Positions 52,415 through 61,556 of a stretch of DNA of 64,000 nucleotides are shown one piece after another. The number at the start of each line of letters is the position of its first letter. Positions within the stretch are counted from its first letter, which is position 1. The translations under genes and the position numbers were made by a program. Source of the DNA: a virus. The notes below the pieces were generated by a model, which was not told where the DNA came from, did no database searches, and saw only the letters and a program-made list of their open reading frames with translations. Location: positions 32,001 to 96,000 of IMG/VR virus record IMGVR_UViG_3300040959_000769, one strand, 5' to 3'.

Positions 52415-53482
52415 ATGAAAATTGGGATTGCATCCAACGACTGGTCGCGAACAGTCTTCAATCAGTACGGAAACGTTCCAGGCGGAGCTAACTACATCCG
52501 CCTACAGCAATGGCAACGCCACTCTGAACACAAGTATGTCTCTGGACTTTTAGCAACTCACCCGAACAAAGGTTTCGGAATTGTTGACCATCGAGGAACT
52601 CAGCACTACGACATTGATGTAGTGATCATGCAGCGAATCATGCATCGTCAATTGACAGAAGATCTAATGAGCCCCAAAAACAGAAATAAATTAGTTATCA
52701 ATGATTTAGATGACTGGTACTGGGGTTTGCATCGCGACAATCTTGCTTATCAAAGACTGCAAGAAAATGCTGACAGCGACGAAACACTTGACTACTACAA
52801 AAGCAATATAAAACTCTCAGATGTAGTGGTTGTCTCAACACCTTTCCTGTTTTCAAAGATGGCACACGAATTCAGTATTGGATCAGACAAAGTCCACATG
52901 ATTGAAAACAGAGTTGATACCGACAAGTACAAGAGAAAACCAATTTCATCAAAGAAGCCAATCCTTGGATGGGTCGGGTCAACGCTACACCGTTCCATGG
53001 ATCTGGAGATATTGCAGGATTCACTATCCGACGGGGAATACCGCATGCACCACACCGGCTACGCTGGTGGACCAACAATGGCAAGCAAAATAGGCATTGA
53101 TCCAGGAAGAGTCACAACATCACCGATGTTCGATCCGTATCAGTATGGTCAGAAAGCCTTCACATCCTTTGATGTCGGGCTTGCACCTCTTAACGATGTT
53201 CCGTTCAATCACGCCAAGTCATGGATCAAAGCGATCGAATATGCCGCCGCAGGAATCCCATTCGTATGTTCGGACATCAGCGAATACCGGCGTCTGCAAA
53301 CCACATACGGAATAGGTCGTCTAGCTTCAACATCAGACGAGTGGAAACAACACCTCGCGGAACTAAAGAACCACTCAGTCAGGAAAGAAGAATCAGAAAA
53401 GGTCTACAAAACGGTACGTGAGCATCTTGACGTTCGTGAAATGGCCAAAGATTGGGATGCTTTAATTAGCAACTACACGTAG
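52415..53482 (+). CDS. glycosyltransferase (GT-B, GT4-like)
   Basis: DLDDW, GWVGS, DVGLAPL...KSWIKAIEYAAAGIP. Confidence 0.85.
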   Translation: MKIGIASNDWSRTVFNQYGNVPGGANYIRLQQWQRHSEHKYVSGLLATHPNKGFGIVDHRGTQHYDIDVVIMQRIMHRQLTEDLMSPKNRNKLVINDLDDWYWGLHRDNLAYQRLQENADSDETLDYYKSNIKLSDVVVVSTPFLFSKMAHEFSIGSDKVHMIENRVDTDKYKRKPISSKKPILGWVGSTLHRSMDLEILQDSLSDGEYRMHHTGYAGGPTMASKIGIDPGRVTTSPMFDPYQYGQKAFTSFDVGLAPLNDVPFNHAKSWIKAIEYAAAGIPFVCSDISEYRRLQTTYGIGRLASTSDEWKQHLAELKNHSVRKEESEKVYKTVREHLDVREMAKDWDALISNYT

Positions 53483-53483
53483 G

Positions 53484-54236
53484 TCACAAGAAATACAAAG
53501 CCCCCGACCCGCCGTGGCGAGCATATCTATCCTTCATCGTTTCACTCTCCATCTCTGACTTCCTCACCTCGTAAGGAGGTAAAGGTCCGCGATGAAATTC
53601 GTGAGAATAAGTCCCACAGTAATGACCGATCAAAGTTGGCCGATGTGGGTTTGATCTAACTCGAGATCCACGGTGGTAGGTCTGGGAGTGCCAACCTACG
53701 ACATCACCCTTGCTGCCTTCAAAACGATAAATCTTTGGCTTCTTCTCCGCAATTTCAACCAAGATTCTTTGATTGACAATCTCGTCCTCAGCGTCTTTGT
53801 GATTTTCTCCGTCAAAAGAAATATGTTCCCACTTGTGAGAACCAACGATCAACTCAAAAGGTCCAGACTGGTCGTCAAGTTCACCCAAAGCGACAATCAC
53901 GCCAACATAAGTTGAGTTGGCATGAGGATCAGGCAGCAAAGCGTCCTTGTGCCAGCCGCACTGGGTGGATCTCTGCATGGTCATTTCTACGTGCAGAGCT
54001 GCCGCCATCTCAATTTCTTCAAAGGCACTTTCAATGGCTTGATGGCAAAGCACGTCAAGAATTTCCGGGTGCTCCAAGTATTTCGTGCTACGTCCCCATC
54101 CGTCAAGAGATTCACCATGGTTATGTTGGTACATCTCCAAATATGAATCAATAACCTCCCCAGGGATAGCGCTTTGCAACACAAAAAATCCGTCTTGCTC
54201 GTACTGCTCCGCAACGCTTCTTTTGTCGTTCATCAT
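53484..54236 (-). CDS. phytanoyl-CoA dioxygenase (PhyH)-like 2OG oxygenase
   Basis: GWHKDA...GPFELIVGSH...GDV..WH...HRG. Confidence 0.85.
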   Translation of the reverse strand: MMNDKRSVAEQYEQDGFFVLQSAIPGEVIDSYLEMYQHNHGESLDGWGRSTKYLEHPEILDVLCHQAIESAFEEIEMAAALHVEMTMQRSTQCGWHKDALLPDPHANSTYVGVIVALGELDDQSGPFELIVGSHKWEHISFDGENHKDAEDEIVNQRILVEIAEKKPKIYRFEGSKGDVVGWHSQTYHRGSRVRSNPHRPTLIGHYCGTYSHEFHRGPLPPYEVRKSEMESETMKDRYARHGGSGALYFL

Positions 54237-55018
54237 TCTCCCGAGTTATGCATGTTGGCTCGATACCAGCCGGAACCGTGCCACCGCATATCTGGATCGC
54301 GTTCCATTGATTCGACTACTTCACTAAGTTGTGGTCGTTCTGTTGACTCTGACCAAGTCCAATGATTGGAAAAATGCCCAATCAATGCTGGTCTCGGAAT
54401 GTTCCTACGTGGCGGAGAACCGCGATGAATTACCCTGCTGTTCCAGAACAGTGCATCGCCCTTCTTCGGCATGAAAGTTGTGACCTCATGTTCGTTATTA
54501 TCCATCGCCATTTGACACATGTGGAGCATCCCCAAGCGATTGTCTTTGCCGAACGATATGTCAAGATCCCAGCGATGAGAACCCTTCAGGTATTGGAATG
54601 GACCTGAACCCTCATCAATGTCAGCCAAAGCGATCCACACTCCAAGATATTGATCTGCACCGTTGGGATTGTCGTTGAGTTCATCAACGTGCCATCCGGT
54701 GTTTGACGATCTCCAGTAGGTCAGATCGGAGTGCAAGGCAAGGCACATGTCAAGTTTTGTGAAGGTGTCCGAAATTGACTGATGAAGAAGCAGATCTCGA
54801 ATCTCCGGATACTCCAAGTACATCTGGTCAATGCCGGTGAAGCGCTGATGGTTATCGTCAAAGGTGAAGGTTTTGTGCCAAAAGTTGTTGACGTAGTCAT
54901 CAATGACCGCATGCGGCACCAAACCAGGGCATTCAACTACCCCGTTTTTTTGAAATGTTTGGAGAAGTGTTTCAGTTTTGCCTGTCAAGGTGGACGATTG
55001 CGACAATTTTTTCTCCAT
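54233..55018 (-). CDS. PhyH-like 2OG oxygenase (start uncertain)
   Basis: GWHVDE...GPFQYLKGSH...GDALFWN...HRG; paralog of the adjacent gene. Confidence 0.85.
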   Translation of the reverse strand: MEKKLSQSSTLTGKTETLLQTFQKNGVVECPGLVPHAVIDDYVNNFWHKTFTFDDNHQRFTGIDQMYLEYPEIRDLLLHQSISDTFTKLDMCLALHSDLTYWRSSNTGWHVDELNDNPNGADQYLGVWIALADIDEGSGPFQYLKGSHRWDLDISFGKDNRLGMLHMCQMAMDNNEHEVTTFMPKKGDALFWNSRVIHRGSPPRRNIPRPALIGHFSNHWTWSESTERPQLSEVVESMERDPDMRWHGSGWYRANMHNSGE

Positions 55019-56537
55019 CGGTGCATGCGAGAGATTCGTACACGAGACTACCATCAATCAACATTGCATCCCCAGAGCAGGGCTTATCTAAAATTGTTGT
55101 GCCTTCTTTTTCGCGTATCACAATGTTTCCATTTTTGTAATCGTCGTTCAAGAAGAAAATCAGTGTCGTCGTTCCCGCCATCTCAACGTTATATGTTTCA
55201 CCTTCTGGCGCACCAGCACCAGATCCTTCAACGAACTTCATGTGCGACAAGGAATTACCCAGGTCGTAAGCAAGATGCCTACATCCAAAGAATTCATCTG
55301 CATGTTTGATTACTTGAGCTATTGAATCGCCGATGTTTTCATACAAAACATTTGAGTAATGCGCTTCGTTTACGAGGTGTAGATGTGTTGACTCGGGAGG
55401 TGAGTCCGGACGCAGATTTTGCCATTCTGCTGATTTTAGGTTTGGGTAAATCTCTGAAGAGTCAAAGCATTCCTCAATGATGAGTACGCCTTCAACTTCA
55501 GGTGTCTTTAAACGCATTGTTTTGTCTTTCTTCACAAGAGATGAATCAACAAGTCGTCTTTCCATCGGATCCGCCTGTGTGCCAACAGCGAAACACCAGT
55601 TTCCACGGAAGCGTCGTTGCCCCTCCTGCATTCCACCCCTGACTCCGTGAGCCATTCGGAACAGGTCAGGCAACGCAAAATCACCTTCATCCCATTTATG
55701 CCACATCTGGATGTCGTTGTTGTAAGTAATTTCTTCAGTGATCTTCACCATCAGGCGATCGAAAAATTCAATTTCTTCTTTTGTGGGTTGCCTGCCGTCA
55801 AAGAGAACTAGATGATCTTGGATGCCCCAAGGCGCACTACATGGGCAAACGCGCAGCGTGTCTCTGCCTGATGCGGGGTGAGGGTCTACGGCTTGCCTGG
55901 AGTAAGAATTGATGTAAGAGTCGCCATCAATCATGGTGACTTTGTCGCGTTTTGCCTGCACAAAAAGATCTGCCATGGACAGGTTTTCGTCATAGGGGGC
56001 TTCATAAATTGCCTCTATGAATTTTCGACTCAGTTTGTAGGGGTCGCCTTGTTGCCAGTTGGGAACGTGAATGATCCTGGACTTTTTTAGGAATTCTTTT
56101 TCCGGCTCAGCAAGATCGTCGTACATCTTGCACATATCAACGAGCCCGGTTTTCCCGAATTCGCTACTGCACGCAAAAAGCTCCATGTTCCACCCGGCGG
56201 CATACTGTGGCCACCGCATAGCAACGCCTTCTACATGCCATTGGATTAGATCTTTTTCAGGTGAGTTGACGCCATCCTCTTCGTCCTGCCTGATCGCCTT
56301 ATCGTGATCCTGCATGTATGGCCAACTAAGAGTGTCTTCGCGAGGTCCGTTGTCATCAGTTGCGAAAGCAGTGAAGTTCAACTCGGGGCCAAGCGCTCTA
56401 AAGATTTTCACTACTTCAGCGTCAGAGAAGTACGCTTTTTTGAAAACGATCATTCCATGCTGCTTGTAAGCAGCGGCGTACAAAGATGGGTTTTCAACTA
56501 CTTGCTCAACTGTGTGTTGATCAAATTCAACAATCAT
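54972..56537 (-). CDS. TauD-like dioxygenase fused to a degenerate 2OG-oxygenase domain
   Basis: WHVEG...HKWDEGD...MAHG; C-terminal FLNDDYKNGNI without HxD. Confidence 0.75.
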   Translation of the reverse strand: MIVEFDQHTVEQVVENPSLYAAAYKQHGMIVFKKAYFSDAEVVKIFRALGPELNFTAFATDDNGPREDTLSWPYMQDHDKAIRQDEEDGVNSPEKDLIQWHVEGVAMRWPQYAAGWNMELFACSSEFGKTGLVDMCKMYDDLAEPEKEFLKKSRIIHVPNWQQGDPYKLSRKFIEAIYEAPYDENLSMADLFVQAKRDKVTMIDGDSYINSYSRQAVDPHPASGRDTLRVCPCSAPWGIQDHLVLFDGRQPTKEEIEFFDRLMVKITEEITYNNDIQMWHKWDEGDFALPDLFRMAHGVRGGMQEGQRRFRGNWCFAVGTQADPMERRLVDSSLVKKDKTMRLKTPEVEGVLIIEECFDSSEIYPNLKSAEWQNLRPDSPPESTHLHLVNEAHYSNVLYENIGDSIAQVIKHADEFFGCRHLAYDLGNSLSHMKFVEGSGAGAPEGETYNVEMAGTTTLIFFLNDDYKNGNIVIREKEGTTILDKPCSGDAMLIDGSLVYESLACTDGEKIVAIVHLDRQN

Positions 56538-57202
56538 TTTTCGTCGTCGTATTCCTCAGCCAAGAAGTACTCAATCGCTGCTCGAATACGTTTCAACCCT
56601 TCTTTTGGACCGTATTCGTCGTAGCCGGTCTCAAAGTTTGCTGGCAGCAGGCACCCGTTAGTGAATCGTGCTCGCCGCTTGCCGTCACGGGAAACAATAA
56701 ACTTCTCAAAGTTGCCCAAAATCAACGAACCTGGATCAATACCAAGCCTCTTATAGATGGGGTGTGGCTCAAATGAGCGGTCGTCGTCTTCTCGGCTGTA
56801 ACGAGATTTAACCAACTCGGTGAACGGTAGACGGACTCGGTAGTTGTAAAAGGCGTAGTTGTAAGCCTCTTCAGCCGTGCTCGTCGAGTTGTTTGCAAAG
56901 TCGCCATACGCGAACTCGCAATAGTCGTTAGTTGGCACGCAAACAATTTGAAAACCCTGATCTTCATAGTCGTATTGCAGAACCTGAAGCATCGGATACT
57001 GCATTGAGTTTCCGCACTCTCCTGTCACGTTGACAATCATGGTGACGTTACCGCGTTGATTAGTGATCAGATCGCCTTCTTCGCTGTCAAAAGGCAAAAG
57101 CGGAATGTCGTAAACGCTTTCCCCGTCAGCAGTTGGGCCAAGATCATGTTCGGAGACGAGTAGATCCATCATTTCTTGTGAAATTGACTCAATTTTCGCC
57201 AT
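56534..57202 (-). CDS. glutathione peroxidase-like (thioredoxin-fold) protein
   Basis: IVNVTGECG..MQY..L..L...Y...GFQIVCVPTN...HPIYKRL...NFEKFIVSRDG. Confidence 0.8.
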   Translation of the reverse strand: MAKIESISQEMMDLLVSEHDLGPTADGESVYDIPLLPFDSEEGDLITNQRGNVTMIVNVTGECGNSMQYPMLQVLQYDYEDQGFQIVCVPTNDYCEFAYGDFANNSTSTAEEAYNYAFYNYRVRLPFTELVKSRYSREDDDRSFEPHPIYKRLGIDPGSLILGNFEKFIVSRDGKRRARFTNGCLLPANFETGYDEYGPKEGLKRIRAAIEYFLAEEYDDEK

Positions 57203-57293
57203 GCAGGGATAATACCATTCCCTTGCTCCTCGGCGATAAAACCCCAAAATATGCTACAATCGGTGTTGCACCAGTGTTCTGTAGGAGACGAAG

Positions 57294-57545
57294 ATGGTAG
57301 CTCTCAACAATATCAACAATGACCAAAAACTCTATCATTTGAATCTTATCAAAGAGTCTGCTGAAGAGTTGATTATCGTTGCAGCGCTTCACGCTGGAGT
57401 AAACCCAGAAACCATTGACACTGGCACGCACCCACTGCCCGACAGTTTTGACACAGAGGCAGAAGACTTCAACCAACTGGACGTCAACCTGGCGGAACGG
57501 GTCAAGCAGTACAACGATCTCGTCACGCGAATCAACTCACTCTGA
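57294..57545 (+). CDS. small hypothetical protein (paralog set member 1)
   Basis: AGGAG RBS; shares pattern with the next two ORFs. Confidence 0.7.
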   Translation: MVALNNINNDQKLYHLNLIKESAEELIIVAALHAGVNPETIDTGTHPLPDSFDTEAEDFNQLDVNLAERVKQYNDLVTRINSL

Positions 57546-57552
57546 GGTCAAA

Positions 57553-57765
57553 ATGATTTTCTCAATCTCCAACGAAAAGAAAAGAAGCGCCGCACTCAAT
57601 GGTGTTGCCGCATGCGAAGAAGACGTATTCATGGCTTGCATGTCACTCAACATCGATCCAGTATCAGTTGCTGACGACTATTCCAGCGATGACCCCTCCT
57701 ACGAAGTATTGTCAGATGCAATGCAAAAACTCCGAGACGCAAAGGCGTACTTGGCAGCACTCTGA
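57553..57765 (+). CDS. small hypothetical protein (paralog set member 2)
   Basis: GAGG RBS, ATG 57553. Confidence 0.7.
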   Translation: MIFSISNEKKRSAALNGVAACEEDVFMACMSLNIDPVSVADDYSSDDPSYEVLSDAMQKLRDAKAYLAAL

Positions 57766-57780
57766 CGCTAGGAGCACAAA

Positions 57781-57993
57781 ATGGCATTGTCAGCAGCTCA
57801 AATCGCTCAAGCGAGAAGCGAAGCCCAAGACTTCTTGGAGTACTCAATCTTCGTGCTTTGCACGTTTCTGGAAGTTGACCCAGAAACAGCAACGTCCGCA
57901 ATGGAAATCCCCGTTTCCGAAGCAGATCTAAACTATTACAACTACGTCTCGCTGAAGCGACAATTGTCGGCATTTGAGGCTCTAACGGCATGA
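57781..57993 (+). CDS. small hypothetical protein (paralog set member 3)
   Basis: AGGAG RBS. Confidence 0.7.
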   Translation: MALSAAQIAQARSEAQDFLEYSIFVLCTFLEVDPETATSAMEIPVSEADLNYYNYVSLKRQLSAFEALTA

Positions 57994-58220
57994 AGTTTTC
58001 GTCACCTCACCTTCGAGCCGTTCTGGATGGGGATGATCGACATCCAAGCGAAATCGCTACATCAACTGGACGCTTCGTGCCTGAGGAAGAAACACCCGAA
58101 TCGGAAAGCGTCAACAACAACATGGGAGCCGCAATCACCTTCAACCCTTCCGTTGGAGCGCTTGAACTTGCCGAAGAAGGTGCAGTCATCATCTGCGAAA
58201 AAGTTAGAAAAGACACCTAA
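57990..58220 (+). CDS. hypothetical protein
   Basis: ATGA overlap. Confidence 0.65.
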   Translation: MKFSSPHLRAVLDGDDRHPSEIATSTGRFVPEEETPESESVNNNMGAAITFNPSVGALELAEEGAVIICEKVRKDT

Positions 58221-58555
58221 TGGCCATCAGGACCTCAACTCCAACATCAGGCAAGGTTTATAGCCCTCAGGCGGAACTTGACTGGACAAGCACACACTTG
58301 CTGTCATGCTTCTACATCTTGGGTCTCACAGAAGATGATATGGATACATACACCATTGACGACCTGGTTGATCGTTGCACTTGGATGTTTGAGCCACACA
58401 CCCTTGAGGCTTACCTGACTGTCTTAGGTAAAGAAAGATCATACGACCCCGGATTTTCTTTCGGCAGAAAACAGCGCAGTTGGATGGTTCTCCTAGTCAG
58501 AAGGTTCTGGCGTCGTCGCCATATTTCGCAGTACGAGGTGAACAGCGGTGTCTAG
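58220..58555 (+). CDS. hypothetical protein
   Basis: TAATG overlap. Confidence 0.7.
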   Translation: MAIRTSTPTSGKVYSPQAELDWTSTHLLSCFYILGLTEDDMDTYTIDDLVDRCTWMFEPHTLEAYLTVLGKERSYDPGFSFGRKQRSWMVLLVRRFWRRRHISQYEVNSGV

Positions 58556-59321
58556 CAGCATTTTCCATAAAGGCGTCGTTGCTCGAAGCCTTTCCACTAA
58601 CCAAACTGGAACCACTTGGGAAGACGAGTTGAGCGTTGTGCGCGACTACTCCCGCCTCGCCGATGCGGCAATTACTGCCGCCAACGCTGACATGCGACAA
58701 GCTGCCGTTGGTCGAGACTGGTACTTCTGGAAATATTCCACGTGGCTAGGTGAACAAGACAACACATGGCTTGAATACGCTTGGCGCAACTACGTAGCAG
58801 TTAAATCTCTATATGGCGTTCTGAAGCCAAGAGACTTGGAAACAACTGAGAAAATTCTCATCTCTGGATCTTTCCCCATCCAGATGCACACGGCACACAT
58901 GCAGGCAGGGACAAAAGATTATTACTGGTTGAACTCACTTGAAACCAGAATCATGGAAGACACGCTGAACGAGAACGGAACCATCCCCAATCAACCAGAG
59001 TGCTCCTACAAAATCATTGACTTTGAAGACTTTGAGCAAGGCACAGTAACGGAATTTTTTGATTCAGCCCGCCTGCACACCCATGACTTCCTGACCCCGA
59101 ACCTAAATCTGGTTGACAACATGCTTGACTCAATCAGGGTAGGCGGAATCATGATGATTTACGATCTTGCTGAATTCGGCGCTTTGTACGAAGACGGCAT
59201 GCGCGCCCACGAAGAGCGAATGCACCGGATCAACCGCCGTATTGCCCAACGTGAAGACTACGAGGTGTATCACTTGGCACACGACGAGATCGGTACAGTT
59301 CTTGCCTACCGCATCGGCTAA
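58548..59321 (+). CDS. hypothetical protein, possible SAM-methyltransferase-like fold
   Basis: GAGG RBS, GTG start; FFD...L..GGIMMIYD resembles Rossmann MTase C-terminal strands (weak). Confidence 0.55.
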   Translation: MSSSIFHKGVVARSLSTNQTGTTWEDELSVVRDYSRLADAAITAANADMRQAAVGRDWYFWKYSTWLGEQDNTWLEYAWRNYVAVKSLYGVLKPRDLETTEKILISGSFPIQMHTAHMQAGTKDYYWLNSLETRIMEDTLNENGTIPNQPECSYKIIDFEDFEQGTVTEFFDSARLHTHDFLTPNLNLVDNMLDSIRVGGIMMIYDLAEFGALYEDGMRAHEERMHRINRRIAQREDYEVYHLAHDEIGTVLAYRIG

Positions 59322-59330
59322 TATAAATAC

Positions 59331-60329
59331 ATGCCCGCAAGATTCGGACCTCCAACTCGAGACAAGTACGCCTATTACAGTCTTGACGAAAACGACTGCA
59401 AAACTGTCAACGAGATTGAGTACACAAATTACAAAGGTGGAGTAATCCACTTCCACAACGTTTTCAACGTTGACCGAGACGTAATTTTGCCATACATTGA
59501 CGAAATGGCATACGTGCCATCATGTGGTCTTGAAATCATCAAAGACGACGAAGGCAACATGCTCCACGGCGAAACTTTTGACGGCAAAATCGTGGACATG
59601 AAAGATCTACTCGCACTACCAATGCGGGTCGGCGGTATGGGGATGCCTGAACCAGTCAACCCAAGCACGCCACACGACGTCAGAAACTTTTTTGAGGGTG
59701 TTGAGGAAAGTTTGTATCACTGCCTAATCAGGTACTGTGATATTTACCCACTTATCGTCAACTCAATTTGGTGGCGAATGAGAGGACACTGTCTCAAGTA
59801 CATGCCAGGAGCGAATCTGGGTCTCCACAACGACAACGACACCAACACCTTCACCATTGATGGGCAGAGGTACTACAGCGAACGAGAGATCGCTATGTAC
59901 CAAGTCGTGAACGGTCTGGCTTATTTCAACGATGACTATGAAGGTGGAGAAATGCACTTCCCCTACTTAGACATCACGGTAAAACCAAAAACCGGAGACA
60001 TCATTCTTTTCCCTGCCAACTATGTTGGAACTCATGGAGTGGCGCAAGTTGGAGAAGGAGCACCTCGATACACCTACCTGACGCAGTTCGGTCATGGCGG
60101 AGAGCACAAATACGAAGTACTGGAGCCTCAGGAAAGCGACATGTGGCTAGCTCCGGTGTATGTGCCTTACCTGTACCAAGATCACGTCAAGTTCTCCCAT
60201 TCGGGCTACTCGCACCTGGACACGTCAAAAGACTCAGCGTTAGGTTTCCACGCCTCAACTATTGAGACGCAGCAACGCTCAAAAGAGGGCGCTCCAGTCG
60301 GAACTAAGATTCCGTACGAAGAGGAGTGA
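59331..60329 (+). CDS. P4H-like Fe(II)/2OG oxygenase
   Basis: LHNDN...YFNDDYEGGE...THGV...RY. Confidence 0.85.
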   Translation: MPARFGPPTRDKYAYYSLDENDCKTVNEIEYTNYKGGVIHFHNVFNVDRDVILPYIDEMAYVPSCGLEIIKDDEGNMLHGETFDGKIVDMKDLLALPMRVGGMGMPEPVNPSTPHDVRNFFEGVEESLYHCLIRYCDIYPLIVNSIWWRMRGHCLKYMPGANLGLHNDNDTNTFTIDGQRYYSEREIAMYQVVNGLAYFNDDYEGGEMHFPYLDITVKPKTGDIILFPANYVGTHGVAQVGEGAPRYTYLTQFGHGGEHKYEVLEPQESDMWLAPVYVPYLYQDHVKFSHSGYSHLDTSKDSALGFHASTIETQQRSKEGAPVGTKIPYEEE

Positions 60330-60975
60330 AAGGAATAGTTCCTATCAGAGTTCCATGACCAAAGAACTCCAGATAGGAAATACGTTCCCCTGACGTTACT
60401 GGCACAACTTCGTGAGTGCCTAAGAAACCGGCAGGATAAACAAATGCTGTTCCCGCTTCGGGGGCGAAATGCTTGTCGATGTATTTGAATCCAAGATCGC
60501 CACCGACGCAATCATCTTTCAGAATCAGAGATCCGGTCAGGACGCTGTAGATCGCTTTTTCGCTTTCCGAACCAGCACCAACTAAGTTGTCGTTGTGATA
60601 TCCCATGTATCCACCCGGTTTGTAGGTAGCGACATGAGGCACGGCTCTCCACCAAATGTTTTCTTTTGCGTCAGGGAAGAAATTGAAATATTTGGTGACA
60701 CATTCACCCATTGATTTTTCAAGAAGTTCTGCAAACTTCAGATCGTCGTCAGTGGTGTTCACTTTAAGTTGCAGAAGACGACCTGGGGAAGCATTGACCT
60801 GCTCCTCTGTGAAGATGTAGCCACCCCTATTCATGTACGTGCCATCATCCTGCAAGGTGTAGTCGCTTGGTTCTTGTTCGCGACGGCGTTCAAGCCATCC
60901 TTCAAAAAACGAAGCATCAATGTCTAGGACATTTCGATACTCAACGATCCCAAAGCCGTGATGGATTGCTTCCAT
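60304..60975 (-). CDS. P4H-like Fe(II)/2OG oxygenase
   Basis: YHNDN...GGDLGF...THEVVPVTSGER. Confidence 0.85.
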   Translation of the reverse strand: MEAIHHGFGIVEYRNVLDIDASFFEGWLERRREQEPSDYTLQDDGTYMNRGGYIFTEEQVNASPGRLLQLKVNTTDDDLKFAELLEKSMGECVTKYFNFFPDAKENIWWRAVPHVATYKPGGYMGYHNDNLVGAGSESEKAIYSVLTGSLILKDDCVGGDLGFKYIDKHFAPEAGTAFVYPAGFLGTHEVVPVTSGERISYLEFFGHGTLIGTIPFTPLRTES

Positions 60976-61556
60976 TACTTCTCGTCAGGGAATTCGGTTC
61001 CACGCTCGCGGTCATTGCGGAGACGCTTCACCTCTTTGGCTGAGGTTTCATGAACCTCGGGTGTCCAGTACCCGTCAGTGAAAAGATCAGCAACCTCCTG
61101 AGCCCTATCTCCTGACAGGTACAGGGTGTGCTCATTTGTGTAGCCTTCACGACCGGGATATGGCCATCCATAAAGTCCGGCTTCAACATAATCAATGCCT
61201 GCTCCGGTGATGATGGATGCAATTTCCTGTTCGGACTCTTCGCCCCAGAGACCGTTGGCGTCAACGTAAAGTCCGTTGTAGCCACGAGATGCAACATAGT
61301 TCGCAATCTCAAGTGGAGCGCCACCAAAAGCAATGCAGAAAATGATGTCGCATTTTGCGAGCATCGCATCAAGGGTCACGAGATCAGTGAGATCAAACTC
61401 TGCTGCACGTTCGTGTGTTGCCTCAGAGCGATCAGCCGATGCCCAGACAACCCTGTGCCCGCTCTTACACAAAGCATAGGCAAGGGTGCCGCCCATCTTT
61501 CCTGGGTGGGCAATTCCAATTGTTTTATCCGACTGGGGGGAGTATTGAGTATCCAT
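60975..61556 (-). CDS. NAD(P)-binding domain protein (6PGD/HIBADH-like N-terminal domain)
   Basis: IGIAHPGKMGGTLA Rossmann motif, YVDAN, YVEAGL. Confidence 0.75.
   Translation of the reverse strand: MDTQYSPQSDKTIGIAHPGKMGGTLAYALCKSGHRVVWASADRSEATHERAAEFDLTDLVTLDAMLAKCDIIFCIAFGGAPLEIANYVASRGYNGLYVDANGLWGEESEQEIASIITGAGIDYVEAGLYGWPYPGREGYTNEHTLYLSGDRAQEVADLFTDGYWTPEVHETSAKEVKRLRNDRERGTEFPDEK

Noticed and set aside
56534-57202. Selenocysteine GPx or UGA recoding
   Set aside because: The active-site codon is TGC (Cys). ORFs across the window end normally at TGA, TAA and TAG, so there is no sign of code reassignment.
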